Assembly: GCF_006345805.1 (NCBI RefSeq)
Contig: NC_043008.1
Location: forward strand, 38,936,001 to 39,000,000
Direction: 5' to 3'
From: Octopus sinensis
Lineage: Eukaryota
DNA: 64,000 bases
Shown piece after piece: positions 39,008-51,882 of the stretch. The notes under the pieces were generated by a model. That model saw only the letters and a program-made list of their open reading frames with translations, ran no database searches and had not been told where the DNA came from. Made by a program: the position numbers and the translations under genes. The first letter of the stretch is position 1. Each line of letters opens with the position of its first letter.

Positions 39008-39161
39008 ACAAACACATACATACACACATAGATGCATACTTATTTACATACAAACGCATACACATAATGTATATTATACATTCATGTGCGTATGTGTGCG
39101 CAGTGTGGGTAACGTGATGATAGATTTTACCTTGTCCTTTTTGAATTGTCCTAAGTCCCTA

Positions 39162-39540
39162 TTTTTACCTACGCCAAGGAAGGGGGATATGTTTTCATCG
39201 GCGTTGGTTTGTCCGTCTGTGTGCAAAATAACTCAAAACGTTGTGAACGATATTTAATGAAACTTGCAGGAAAAGCTGGTAATGACACATGGAACATATG
39301 ATGAAATTTTGGTAGTGATCCAGGAATTTTTATGGATTCTTGAAGAATTTTTCATTTGCTATATTTACTTTACATGAAGTATTACGATGTTACGTTCTTT
39401 GATTATCTCCCGTGAAAACATGTTCATCGTTTCCACGTAACCTATAATGGCGTTGCTGTTTCCAAAGTTTATTTTCGTTTCTAAATTAGTAATTTTACTC
39501 GCGTATCTATCTTAAAATGAGCTGCTTGGCGGAGGTCTGC
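39162..39540 (+). mobile_element. Helentron-associated non-autonomous element (HINE/DINE-1/pearl type)
   Basis: Starts at a T-run; subterminal IRs ACCTACGCCAAG / CTTGGCGGAGGT (1 mismatch); GTCCGTCTG microsatellite seed; 3' hairpin truncated. Confidence 0.65.
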
Positions 39541-40035
39541 GGAAGATGACATGGCAAGCTAGGACTATTGGGATCGACACAAAAATCTCAGGCTTTGCTC
39601 CCTTCACTGCCGCTGTGAGCTCTATATCATCTGTATGATGTGGAAAAAAATTCCATCAACATTGCCTATCTTTAAAATTCGTCCTAGGCTTGGCCCTCGT
39701 GCCATCCGTCCACTACAGAAATGTTCGTGTCGTATCGCAACACTATGACAACTATTTCGCCTCAATTGGCCCTGCTCTCTTCAACATCGTGCCAGACACA
39801 CATAAAGGAGGAAAGTGACTTCACGGCATTCAAATGATCCCTAGATGATTACCCCCAACAAATACCAGATAAACCACCCACACCCAGATATGTCTCTGAA
39901 AACAATAACCCTCTGCTTAAATGGGCCACGGTTCTCCGGAGCTGACTGTGTATCTCTTCCAGATGGTGATATTAAATTAGGCATGGCCTGAGTCAACTTC
40001 GACCGAAACTTATCTAAGTAATCTAATCTATGATG
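39541..40035 (+). mobile_element. CR1/L2-group LINE 3' fragment, related to 20751-21878
   Basis: DYWDRHKNLRLCSL...NYFASIGPALFNIVP...IPDKP; 3' end GCATGGCCTGAGTC..GACCGAAAC plus (ATCTA)-like tail. Confidence 0.75.
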
Positions 40036-40686
40036 TAACCTTTTAATCAAGGCATGACAATATGGGTAGAGGCTGATGTCTTAACATTTTTTATGGTCTT
40101 AAGCATAAAGAAAATTATTAAAGATTTATATAGAACTACATTCAGAGTATGTCTATAATCTATTGTGTTTAGACCTGGTTTCTATCCTCAAACTGTTCCG
40201 TTTTGTAGAAATTAGAAAAATCAGAAATCTGCAACAATCTCAGTCCCATGAGTATCGGATAATGGATTTTCAACTGTGTAAAGAAACTGATTGTGGTGAT
40301 CGTAGCTTTGACGGTGATTGTGGTAAAGGCAGAGACAGTGTTGATGATGAGGATGGTCGAGATAAGTATGGGAGGGAGTTATGTTTTTGCCAGCGTTGGT
40401 TTGGGAAATTGGGTGGTTTTCAGCATGCGTATATATGGGTGGAAATGAGCTGCGCTCTCCGAGTGCTTTTCTAGTTATACGTTATTATACATAGACTTGT
40501 TTTTATATATATTTGTACCACTGATACGCAAAAATTGTCGAAACTAGCTTCGTATGTAAATTAACATATATTTGAAAACAACTACACGATTTTCAGATTC
40601 AGGTGCATTTTCAAACCCCAAAACATATTCTCCTATATTTTACCTGCGTAGGAATACACTTCTTTCCACACAAAAACACACACACT

Positions 40687-40754
<68 letters not shown>

Positions 40755-41223
40755 TGGGATCTCAAATATTAAGAGGTGTGGTATGGATGCCGCATTTTTT
40801 TTAGACCTGAGACATCCGTTCCTCTCCAAGTTTGACGACAGCTGATTTCTTCCAAAAATAGACATGTTAGATATAGACGTTTACCGCTTGAATATTAATG
40901 TTTCGTCAACAACGTTAATTTCGAGCAATGCATCTATCAGTTATTGATCATAATCTAGTTATGTTTTCATATTTCTTCTAAGATGAAGTCTTGCTTTCTC
41001 TCTTTATTTTTCTTCCATAATTTAACATTCCGTAGGATCTCCTACAATAAGCATTATATATCATACGCAAATCAAAATTGCGTGAAGAATTCGCTGTCGA
41101 TTACCAATTCATAATCATTGAGTTCCAGTTCACGAAATACTTCTTCCAAGAAAGATGTAAACTTTTAGGTGAAATATAATAGCCTTGTTTTACTCCCATC
41201 TATTCTTGAAACTGGTTCAAACC

Positions 41224-41381
41224 CAGGCGCGGTCCCAGGAATTTTTCGAAGGAAGATCACATGCTCAGAAATGAATACAACTCCAGGAGAAAAGGGTGTA
41301 ATAACGTTAATTAGAAAGGCGCACTTCTTTTCTTGAGGGGGGCACGTGCTCTTCAGCCTCAGCCCCTTGGGTCAGCCCATG
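41224..41381. mobile_element. Small GC-rich MITE, possibly hAT-related
   Basis: Imperfect TIRs CAGGCGCGGTCCCAGG / CCTTGGGTCAGCCCATG; 5-bp direct repeat AAACC on both flanks. Confidence 0.4.
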
Positions 41382-42135
41382 AAACCTTTGTGTATTCTGA
41401 TGAAAGATTTATGTCAATATGCCAGATGTGTAATTAAAATATTGATGTGTAAGAAATCTAGAATAGAGAGTGATTCCATGACATCTTAGAGATTAATGGC
41501 GAGAGAAAAAGCACCTCAAATTCCGCTTGTTATATACTTGACTCGCATCCAATTGTTTGGCAATTCCGTTCGACGTGATATTGGCGAATAGCTAGTATAC
41601 ATGACACTTAGAAGTGTCAAAATAAGTGTTGCAAATCGCCAGGAGATCATTTTTCAGACGACTCCTGTGACATGAGGTGTTATGTTATCTTATTCTGAAG
41701 ATTTCCCTATCTTTAGTGATTTTCTGTTTTACAGCATGTGGCATAATTTCTGATAATTGCAGTGTTATCGTAGTTTCAATGTTGTTTATCTTCTGCTTTG
41801 TATTGTTGCTTCTATGATAGATGTTGGGAGAATTTCATTGCTATTTAAATAATTCCTCTTTTGTATTCTTAATGGCTCCACTTTCTTTTAATGCTGTCAT
41901 TTAGGCTTTCTTTTTGGCAAATTTACCAACTCTCCCCTGTTGAGTCGTTGTTTCTAAAACGCTCATACAATTTCTCAAACCCCTCACGCTGTTTTCTTAT
42001 CATTTGTTTATTCCGTTCTATAGCATGACATTTGCCTCCAACCCCACCTCACATAGAAGTGTTTTCATTACTACATCACACTCAGGGTTTTCGGTGTTGT
42101 TTTGTCCTGATTTTGTTTCGTTGTTTAATCTCTCT

Positions 42136-42347
42136 ATACACTTTTACTCTTTTACTTGTTTCAGTCATTTGACTGCGGCCATGCTGGAGCACCGCCTTTA
42201 GTCGAGCAAATCGACCCCAGGACTTATTCTTTATAAGCCCAGTACTTATTCCATCGGTTTCTTTTGCCGAACCGCTAAGTGACGGGGACGTAAACACACC
42301 AGCATCGGTTGTCAAGCAATGCTAGGGGGACAAACACAGACACACAA

Positions 42348-42380
<33 letters not shown>

Positions 42381-42543
42381 CGACGGGATTTTTTCAGTTT
42401 CCGTCTACCAAATCCACTCACAAGGCTTTGGTCGGCCCGAGGCTATAGCAGAAGACACTTGCCCAAGATGCCACGCAGTGGGACTGAACCCGAACCATGT
42501 GCTTGGTAAGCAAGCTACTTACCACACAGCCACTCCAGCGCCT
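42136..42543 (-). mobile_element. SINE family D, full length
   Basis: Homologous to 35205-35712. Confidence 0.85.
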
Positions 42544-43883
42544 ATTTTGTTAATTTGAATTTGCTGTTTGTTCGATTACTGCTTCATTAAAGTTAGTTTC
42601 AAAACAATTGGTTATATTTTTGACAGGGTGATCTGGTAGTTCTTAGAACAAAATGGTTTCTCTGGTAACTTTGGCAAGCCAATATGACGCTTACCCCTTT
42701 CCAGTCTGTGATCGCTAACTTTGATATTGTTAATTACGTCAATACATTGAAAGATGTCTTTTCAGTTCTGTTATTGCTGTTTATTCATATTAAACAAGGC
42801 ATTGGCTATATTTTAGTCTTTTTTTTTCAGGCTGAAAATTATTACATCTTCTCCTCTATCATATCTTCCACCATCTAAGAATTTTCCCATACAGTACTAG
42901 TTCCCGTGTATATCACCGAACTAGCTCCCATATTGATTACATTTATCATTATGATAATATGAGTTTTATGATGAACAACTTTTTATTAACCTCACCATGC
43001 AATAATTCCTATCTTCTTCTTCACTTGTCTTCGTTTGTAAATGACCTTGGCTAATCGCACGGTTCTACATCTATGATACCTTCAAAGCAATGCTAAGAAG
43101 TCGGTCATAAACATCATAGAATTCTTTCACCAAATTCTTTATGTCTCTATCGACTAGGAAATCCACATTTATCATGCCCGAGTTCTTTGTTTACCCGTTA
43201 GAAGCGATTGTGTTCATTCGATTCTATTACTGCTTCACCTGGTCTTCCAACGTCACAGAGGACCATGATATATAATTTCAGGCTCGGATTTCGTTTGTCA
43301 GATTTATGAAGTATGATAATCCTTATAGTGTAACTGCACTTCAACTGTATTTATGCAGGTTTATATTTTTTGAAGGGTTTAATGCTTAATAGATTTTTAG
43401 CGTCACCTTACCGAATACATTAATCATGATCAGACCCTGGTAAATTCCCTTTATCCAACAGGAACAGCAATTTAAATGTTTCCGTTTGAGAATCATTTGA
43501 CAGGTTTGAGCTGCAGTATAGTGCGCTTGCCCATTTTATTTTAACAGGGAAAGACTCTTATCACGGTTTTTATTCACGAACCACCTTGAGGTTGCATGAT
43601 GCGGCTGATGCAAGAAATACATTCATACATGTATACATGCACATACATACATATATGCAGAAATACATACATACATGGACACATACATATATGCATGCAT
43701 GCTTATATACATGCATACGTACGCATATTTACATCTCCCTCTCTGTCTCTTCTCTCTCTTTCTCTCTCTCTCTTTTTCCAGATCAACACACACAATTATG
43801 TATGTTTACATTTGTGTGTATTTATATTTGTATCATGAATACATAGATACATACATACATACATACATACATACATACATACA

Positions 43884-43915
<32 letters not shown>

Positions 43916-44310
43916 AATGTTATCCATACATATATATGTTTACATACACGCTGTTCTAAGGGGCTGGATAAATTTTGTAAAGATATTTCTTTCCCCTATC
44001 TAAGCTCTGCGTTCATATCATAAAAACATCAACATTATATTTTCCTCCTTCTGGATTCTAATAAACAATATAACAGACAGCATCAGTGATTTGGTAGAAT
44101 TATTTGGGTATTGGACATTCCGTGTCTTAGTGTTCAAATAATGTTTCTCGTCACAGTATAAAGTTGAGACGTTTTTTAGGAGTTGAGAACCTAGCTAGGA
44201 GAGAGAAAACTGGAATTAAACTCTAATGGGCTAGCAACAGTAAGGAATATTGCCAAATGAAATCTACGCACGGAATTGCAATTACTCACGATAAATAAAC
44301 AACACTTAAT

Positions 44311-44645
44311 GGTATTTCGTCTGCCTTTACGTTCTGAGTTCAAATTCCGCCGAGGTCGACTTTGCCTTTCATCCTTTCGGGGTCGATAAATTAAGTACCA
44401 GTTGTGTACTGGGGTCGATCTAATCGACTGGCCCCACTCCCCAAAAATTTCGGGACTTGTGCCTAGATAGAGTACAATAATTTTATTTCGGCCGTCGTTA
44501 ACTTCTGAGTTCAAATTCCACCGAGGTTGACTTTGCCTTTCCTTTTTTCGGGATAGATGTAATAAGTACCAGTTACGCATTGGGGTCGATTAAATAGATT
44601 ATCTCCTTCCCCCAAATATCAGGCCTTAAGTCTATAGTAGAAAAG
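44311..44645 (+). mobile_element. Two tandem 5'-truncated SINE family C units
   Basis: Nin/Deu-like core twice. Confidence 0.75.
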
Positions 44646-44862
44646 AAAATTTGACTTGTGCATATTAATTTCTATTATGTCCTTTATACTGTATCAAAAT
44701 TTAATGCACTTATTTGTAAAGTTAAGGAAGATATAAAAAATTGAAACATATCAGTGACTATATATATACATATAAATATTTACATATATATATATGTATA
44801 TATATATATAGCCATATATATACATTCATATATGTATGTATATATCCGCATTCTCTTACACT

Positions 44863-44919
<57 letters not shown>

Positions 44920-45608
44920 GCACACTCACACACACACACACCTACTGACATACACTTACACACTTAGCGGAGCTCCGTATTCCGTGATATCCATGTTCAG
45001 CTGTTCGGGCAACTGTATTACCTACGGCTGACACGTATTGTAATAATAATATTCTGGGCAAGAATTTCAGTGACACAATGTGTTACAAGGCTGCACCTCA
45101 TTGAATTACTGGTAAAATCTGCTCATCAGGCTTCTTTACAGCTTTTGCTTATCGAGGCTATATAGAATGACACGTACCAAAGATATTACGTCCTAGTATC
45201 CAACTCGGGACCTCGTATTTGCAAAGTGACCCTCTTAACCTTTCAGCTCGGCTATGCTCACATATATTGGATATCTAGTGTCGTTTTAAACAGAAGGTCA
45301 ATTGTATTTGGTTCAGTTTATCTAAATTATCTTCTCGGTATTTTATTGATATAATCTAACATCTATGGTTTACACGCGGGAATCATTCAAAATCCAATAT
45401 TTCACACTATTTGAATATCATATCTGAATATCCAAAGCATCTCGTTACAATATGGGAAGTTGATCAAAAATTGAAAGATGGCTGCGGAGTGTGATTTCGT
45501 ACCTGGATGGAAATAACTTTGCATTATATTACTGTCGGATTTCGTTGTGGAATACAGAAAGCTATTTTATGACCCTGCTGAGGTGGGATTAAATCACAGG
45601 TGGTTTCT

Positions 45609-45703
45609 ATTAAAACCAAAATGATCAACTTACGTCCTATATATCAAGTGGTTTCCACCTTCATCTGATATACAGGACGCAAGTTGGTCATTTTGGTTTT
45701 AAT
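45609..45703. repeat. 95-bp fold-back element
   Basis: 38-bp arms (3 mismatches), 19-nt loop, TTAA at both ends. Confidence 0.85.
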
Positions 45704-45717
45704 ATGTCATCAATTTA

Positions 45718-46225
45718 AGGTGGCGAGCTGGAAGAAGCCTTAGTACGCCGGGTGAAATGCTTAGCGGTATTTCGCCTGCCGCTACGAACTGAGTTCAGAT
45801 TCCGCCAAGGTCGACTTTGCCTTTCATCCTTTCGGGGTCGATTAAATAAGTACCACTTACGCACTGGGGTCTGTATAATCAACTTGATCCGTTTGCCTGT
45901 CATTGTTTGTCCCCTCTGTATTTAGCCCCTTGTGGGTAGTAAAGAAATAGGTATTTCGCCTGTCTTTACGTTCTGAGTTCAAATTTCGCCGAGGTCGACT
46001 TTGCCTTTCATCCTTTCGGAGTCGATAAATTAAGTACCAGTAGCGTACTGGGATCGAGCTAATCGATTGGCCCCCATCCCCAAAATTTCGGGCCTTGTGT
46101 CTAGAGTAGAAAAGAATGTGTCATCAATTTAAGGTGGGGAGCTGGCAGAAGCGGTAGCACGCCGGGCGAAATTCTTAGCTTTATTTCGTCTGTCTTTACG
46201 TTCTGACTTCAAATTCCATCGAAGT
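45718..46225 (+). mobile_element. SINE family C multimer
   Basis: One full unit plus two partial units in tandem. Confidence 0.8.
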
Positions 46226-46289
46226 GCTCACGCCTAATTAGTTTGCGATTAAAACTTATCCCAATTTCGCCGCCTTATCGATAATGTGC

Positions 46290-46498
46290 ATGTGTCAGTG
46301 TGTTAGTGTGTGTGTATGTGTGTTTGTGTGTGTGTGTATGTATGTGTGTGCGTGTGTGTGCGTGTACATGTATGTGTGTGTGTGAGCATGCGTGTGTATG
46401 TCTGTGTGTGTGTGTGCATGTGCCTGTACGTGTACATGTATGTGTGTGTGTGTGTGTGTGTATGTCTGTGTGTGTGTGCATGTGCCTGTGCGTGTACA

Positions 46499-46537
<39 letters not shown>

Positions 46538-46556
46538 ATGTGCCTGTGCGTGTACA

Positions 46557-46605
<49 letters not shown>
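46290..46605. repeat. (TG)n-based minisatellite with a recurring GCATGTGCCTGT(A/G)CGTGTACATGTA core
   Basis: Direct reading, about 3-4 units. Confidence 0.8.
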
Positions 46606-46686
46606 TTCGATGGCCTGTGCCAAAAGAGCTAGGTTCCTACTGAAATTTCAATTGCACAGGCTGAAATCGAACTCTTTAAAATTCTT

Positions 46687-46755
<69 letters not shown>

Positions 46756-47047
46756 GAGAGACAGAGACAGACAGACAAACAGACAGAGAATGTATGTACA
46801 TGTGTATATGCGTGCGCATGTGTTTATCTGTGTTTGTGAGAAAGAAAATTTACTTTGTCATTCTACGAACCCGCTGTGTTTCCAGCAACTTCTAATTTTC
46901 AAGAAATAATGTTAGGACACGCATTATTTTAAAATGGGTACCATCTTCATGCGAGAGGCATGTGCGTGTGTATAGATGTGTGTGTGTGTGTGTCTGTGTG
47001 TCCATAGATATATACAATTATATATCTACGTATAATATCTATATCTA

Positions 47048-47096
<49 letters not shown>

Positions 47097-47111
47097 GTCT
47101 ATCTATCTATC

Positions 47112-48122
47112 GTGCCTTGTCCCGACTCCACCATCACCAAACTGGAACGCATACTCTTCCGCTTCCTGTGGAAGGGTGGCGTTCCAATGGTGAGGAGGTC
47201 CATTTGCTGTCAATATACGTTGAATGGAGGACTAGGCATGCCGTGGTTGATGATGCACAGGCATGCGCTGAGACTGCGACATCTCCGGAACTTCATCGAT
47301 GACGGTGAACAGGTGTGGGCGCCGTTTGTGAGGCGCGCCTTCCCGCAGCTCGTCTCACTGACCGAACTGCAAACGTGGATCAGGAAGAGACCGAAACTGG
47401 GCGATTGGCACCGAGAATGTCGCCAAGCTCTACAGCAGCTCTGCCGACCGGGGTCAAAATTGTGCAACTTACAAACGACTAAACCGTTCTATAGAGGACT
47501 AGTGGAGGGGAGGTCCGACGACACACTCGGGGCAAACCTGAGCGTCGACGAGAAATTCCTAACCCGCCTGTTCAGGACGACGTTCGGGCCGGAGCCTATG
47601 GATAACTTCCAGAAATCCCTGGCTTGGAAATGCTATCAAGACGCACTACCTGTTCGAGAGAAGAGCTACAGGCACGGTTCGAAAACCATCAGCGGACCGA
47701 CCTGCCCGAGATGCGGTCAGAGCGACGAAACCGTTCTGCACGCACTCGTGCAGTGTCCAGATATTTCAGAGCTGTGGACCTTCGTCGAACAGCTGTTGTC
47801 GCGTGTAGAACGGGCCCGCTTATCGGCCGAGTCTATCATGAATATTGTTCCACCACCTTTCTTTAAACGGGAACGGAAAACGGTTTTCGTTACGCTGATG
47901 GCTATGGCGAGAGAATGTGTGTGGTGGACGCGTTTGAAAGGTCTGCAAACAAAAACCTTCCTCTCTGGTCAGTCTCTCGTCAACTTTTGCAAGTACCACT
48001 TGAAAAGGAGGATGAGAATAGAGAGGAAGGCTTTGTCGAACGAATGTTTTAATAAAAAGTGGGTAAAAGTGGCAAAAATGGTCAGTATGAAAGACGACAC
48101 TATTTTAAGCGTAAATCTGTGA
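47112..48122 (+). pseudogene. Tx1/L1-clade ORF2 C-terminal third (5'-truncated, still open)
   Basis: LERILFRFLW...GGLG...[19 protein letters not shown] (zf-RVT); begins directly after (TATC)n; stop at 48120-48122. Confidence 0.9.
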
Positions 48123-48675
48123 CCAAAAGAGACAACAAGAGTAAGGCGACTTACTCATGTGTTCATTTTCGAACTGTCTGAGGTGTGTGTGTGTGTTGGA
48201 GTCTCTCTCATACGTGAGCGTTGACGCTGAATTCGACTGGTAAGCAGGTAACCTTGTCTTTGTTGAAATAGTTGTGAGCTGCTGGATTTATTTCTCTGAT
48301 GGGTAATAGGAATTTCCATATCCTTGGAGGAAATGAACTGTTGACGCAGACAATTAGAATTAATTTTAATAAAAGCATCAATTTAAGAAAAAATAATAAA
48401 GTAGTAAAAAATGAAAATTTAGCACGAAAAATTTGCAGGGTTCTAAATAAATGTTAAAATATAATAGATACGAAAAACCTATGTTATCACCAGAACGAAC
48501 ACACGTGAGTTTTTGTCAGTGAAATATTGTTGTTGAAATTGTGTTAAAACCTGTTTAAATTGTCTTGTTAAAAAATTGTTTGAACTGCTGCTGGTTTTGA
48601 ACCAGGAAAACTTTGTTTTCCCCTCCTCACGGAGGGGAACTGCTGTACATTGTAACACACACATTCCACGAAAAA

Positions 48676-49373
48676 ATGAACAAAAATACTTGTTCAAAAA
48701 TGTCTAAAAATGATGATGTAGTAGGTTTGCCTACGCAAAAAATTGTGAAAATTGTTGAAGAAGCCAAAGTTGCGGAAGGTGTGTCTTCCAATGAAGCTGT
48801 GAAAACAGCAAAAGTGAATGAAGGTTCGTCGATTGAAAAAGTTGTGAAAACGGCTAAAGTCACGGAACGGTTAACTTCCAATGTAGCTGCGAAAACAGCA
48901 AAAGGGAATGAAGGTTCGCCGGTGGGAAAAGCTGTGAAAACGGCTAAAGTCGCGGAAGGGTTGACTTCCAATGAAGCTGAGAAATCAGCAAATGTGTGTG
49001 AAGGTTCTAAACCAAGTGAAAAGACCAAAATGTTTAACTTCGCTGCCGCTGCAGGTAGGAAGACAGAGGAAATAAAGATGGAGGAGGTGGAATATGAAAA
49101 GTTTTTTAAAATGTTCAAAAAGGAGGGAAATAACGTGATAGCTGCCCTCCCACAAACAATTAAAGAGGAAACCCTGAAAAGGACGATAATCTTTAAATCC
49201 TATGTAATAAAAGAAAAGAAAATTGAAAGGATAACCAAAGACCAAGCTGAGAAATGCCTTAAACCAGTGTGGAGTGATATAGACTACGTTACGTGGGGGA
49301 GAAAGTTTGCAACAATAGAGGTGCACTTCAGAAATGAAGAAACGGCCAAAAAACACTCCCTAACACTAATAAA
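48676..49373 (+). pseudogene. Tx1-type ORF1 (family A), truncated by the RTE insertion
   Basis: Aligns with 57083 ORF1 (KKEG.NV...EKCL.P.W...F.T.EV.F..EE.A..HS); N-terminal 15-aa repeats. Confidence 0.8.
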
Positions 49374-51597
49374 GACTGGTTCGACGAAAACGACCAGGAA
49401 ATCCAAAAGCTCCTGGAAGAGAAACGCCGTCTGCTGCGGGCTCACCAAAATGACACCACCTGCACGGCAAAGAAGGCTACTTTCAACAACATTCGCAGCA
49501 CAGTCCAGGCTAAACTCCGCCTCATGCAAGACGCATGGTTAAGCGCCAAGGCGGATGAGATTCAGGGATACGCAGACAAACACGACACCAAGAAATTCTA
49601 CGAGGCGCTGAAAGCTGTCTATGGACCGCAGTTCTCCTTTGGATCAACCCCCCTGCTCAGCTCGGATGGAACCTCACTCCTGACTAACAAGAAGCTGATC
49701 CTGGAGAGATGGGCGGAGCATTTCAACATCGTGCTCAACCGACCAGCCCAGATCAACGAGGAAGCCATCGCACGACTCCCCCAGGTGCCGACAAACCACG
49801 AGCTGGCTGTTTCCCCTGCAGTGAGCAGAGCCATCAAAAAAATGTCCACCGGCAAAGCTCCAGGCTCTGACGCCATCCCTGCAGAGGTGTTCAAGTCGGG
49901 CGGCCCCACCATGATCAGTCAGCTCACCAGCCTGTTCCAGTCGATGTGGGACAGGGAACAACTCCCTCAAGATTTCCGGGACGCAACAATCGTCCACATT
50001 TATAAGCGGAAAGGAGATCGGCAGTCCTGCGACAACCACCGAGGAATCTCCCTCTTGTCCATAGCAGGCAAGATCCTGGCCCGAGTCCTGCTTGACCGCC
50101 TTCTGGAACACTTGGAGCAAGGCCTTCTCCCTGAGAGCCAGTGTGGCTTCCGCGCGGGTCGAGGGACCACTGACATGATATTCGCCGCCCGCCAGCTCCA
50201 GGAGAAATGCATGGAGCAGCACCTTGACCTCTGCATAACCTTTGTTGACCTCACCCAGGCTTTCGATACAGTCAGTCGGGAGGGACTATGGAAGGTCATG
50301 GGAAAATTTGGTTGCCCCAGCAAATTTATTGCAATTGTCCGCCAGTTCCACGACGGAATGACAGCCAGAGTCCTTGAAGACCGCAACTCATCTGAAGCCT
50401 TCCAGGTGACCAACGGAGTCAGGCAGGGCTGTGTCCTGGCCCCAACACTGTTCAGCATCATGTTCTCGGCAATGCTGTCCGACGCCTTCAGGGACTGCAA
50501 GTCCGGTATCGACATCAAGTACAGGACAGACGGGAAACTTTTCAACTCCAGTAGATTGCAGGCTGTCACTAAGGTAAGGGAGACAGTCGTCAGAGACTTT
50601 CTCTTTGCTGACGACTGCAATCGATGAGCAGGAGATGCAGCTCGAGATGGACAGGTTCTCATCAGCCTGTGACAACTTTGGTCTCACCATCAGTGCCAAG
50701 AAAACCGAAGTGATGTTTCAGCCAGCCCCCGGCAAACAATACCATGAGCCTCAGATAAAGGTGAACGGACGGATCCTACGAGCGGTGGAAAACTTCACCT
50801 ACCTGGGCAGCACTCTCTCCTGCAATGCCAACATAGATGCTGAAACCATCAACAGAATCTCCAAGGCAAGCAGCGCGTTTGGGAAACTGCGAAAGAAAGT
50901 CTGGGAGCGGAGAGGAATCAGCCTCAACACCAAGCTGAAAGTCTACCGGGCAGTCGTGCTTACCACCCTACTATACGGCTGCGAGACGTGGACTGCTTAC
51001 CGAAGGCACGAGCGCCAGATAAACCACTTCCACCTCAGGTGTCTTCGGAACCTCCTTCACATCCGCTAGCAGGACAAAGTCCCAGACACGGAAGTTCTGA
51101 AGCAGGCAGATCTCCCTAGCACCACCACAATCATGCGCAAGGCCCAGCTGAGATGGGCGGGCCACGTCTCCCGCATGTCCGACACTCGCATCCTAAAACA
51201 GCTCTTCTACGGTGAACTCAGCCAGGGCAAACGCAAAGTCGGAGGGCAGAAGAAGCGCTTCAAGGATAGTCTCAAGGTCTCTCTCAAAGACTTCTCCATC
51301 GGCACAGAGACCTGGGAGACACTTGCTGCCGACCGCTCATCCTGGCGCAGCGCAATCACCAGGAGCAGGGACAGCCGAGGAGGGACGGATTCGGTCAGCA
51401 GAGCGGAAACGCCAGATGCGGAAAGCCAGAGCCGCCTGCACCAGTAGCACGGCCCCTACCCACTTCTGCCCCACCCGTGGGAGGGGCTTCCTTGCCCGGA
51501 TTGGCCTCACCAGCCACCTCCGGTCTCATGGCGGCAGTTCCACCAATGATGTCAGTGGTCATCTTCGAACCCGAAGGACGAACATTATTTATTATTA
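49374..51597 (+). mobile_element. 5'-truncated RTE-clade (BovB-like) LINE with an RT domain, few lesions
   Basis: DWFDEN...GKAPGSD...NHRGISLLS...QCGFR.GRGT.DMIF...FVDLTQAFD...GVRQGCVLAP.LF...FADD; C-terminal C2H2-like CP...FLARIGLTSHLRSH; 3' end GTCATCTTCGAACCCGAAGGACGAAC; frameshifts near 50617 and 51365, stop at 51067-51069. Confidence 0.95.
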
Positions 51598-51614
51598 CAT
51601 ATATATATATATAC

Positions 51615-51692
<78 letters not shown>

Positions 51693-51882
51693 TATATATA
51701 ATATATATATATATATATGTATAAATATTACATTTCTAAATATCTCAAAGAGATATAAGCAGTGGTGATACGACAGAGCAGTTGTATACTGTCAACGTGA
51801 CAGTACCATGAAGTTGACAGTATACAACGGCTCTATATATGTGTGTGTGTGTGTGTGTATGTGTCTGTATGTTTATATATGT

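Larger units (their letters stand above)
40760..43420 (-). mobile_element. Old, heavily decayed RTE-clade LINE (APE plus RT)
   Basis: Minus-strand remnants GLCDVGRPGE, CGFLV, SDHRL (APE); MTALKESG; GVKQG..ISPK.FTSFLEEVFREL..F(A)DDI (RT); many stops; interrupted by a SINE and a MITE. Confidence 0.7.

Noticed and set aside
48613-49542. 309-aa ORF as a novel fusion protein
   Set aside because: It is Tx1 ORF1 running out of frame into the inserted RTE; the RTE part is not read in its coding frame
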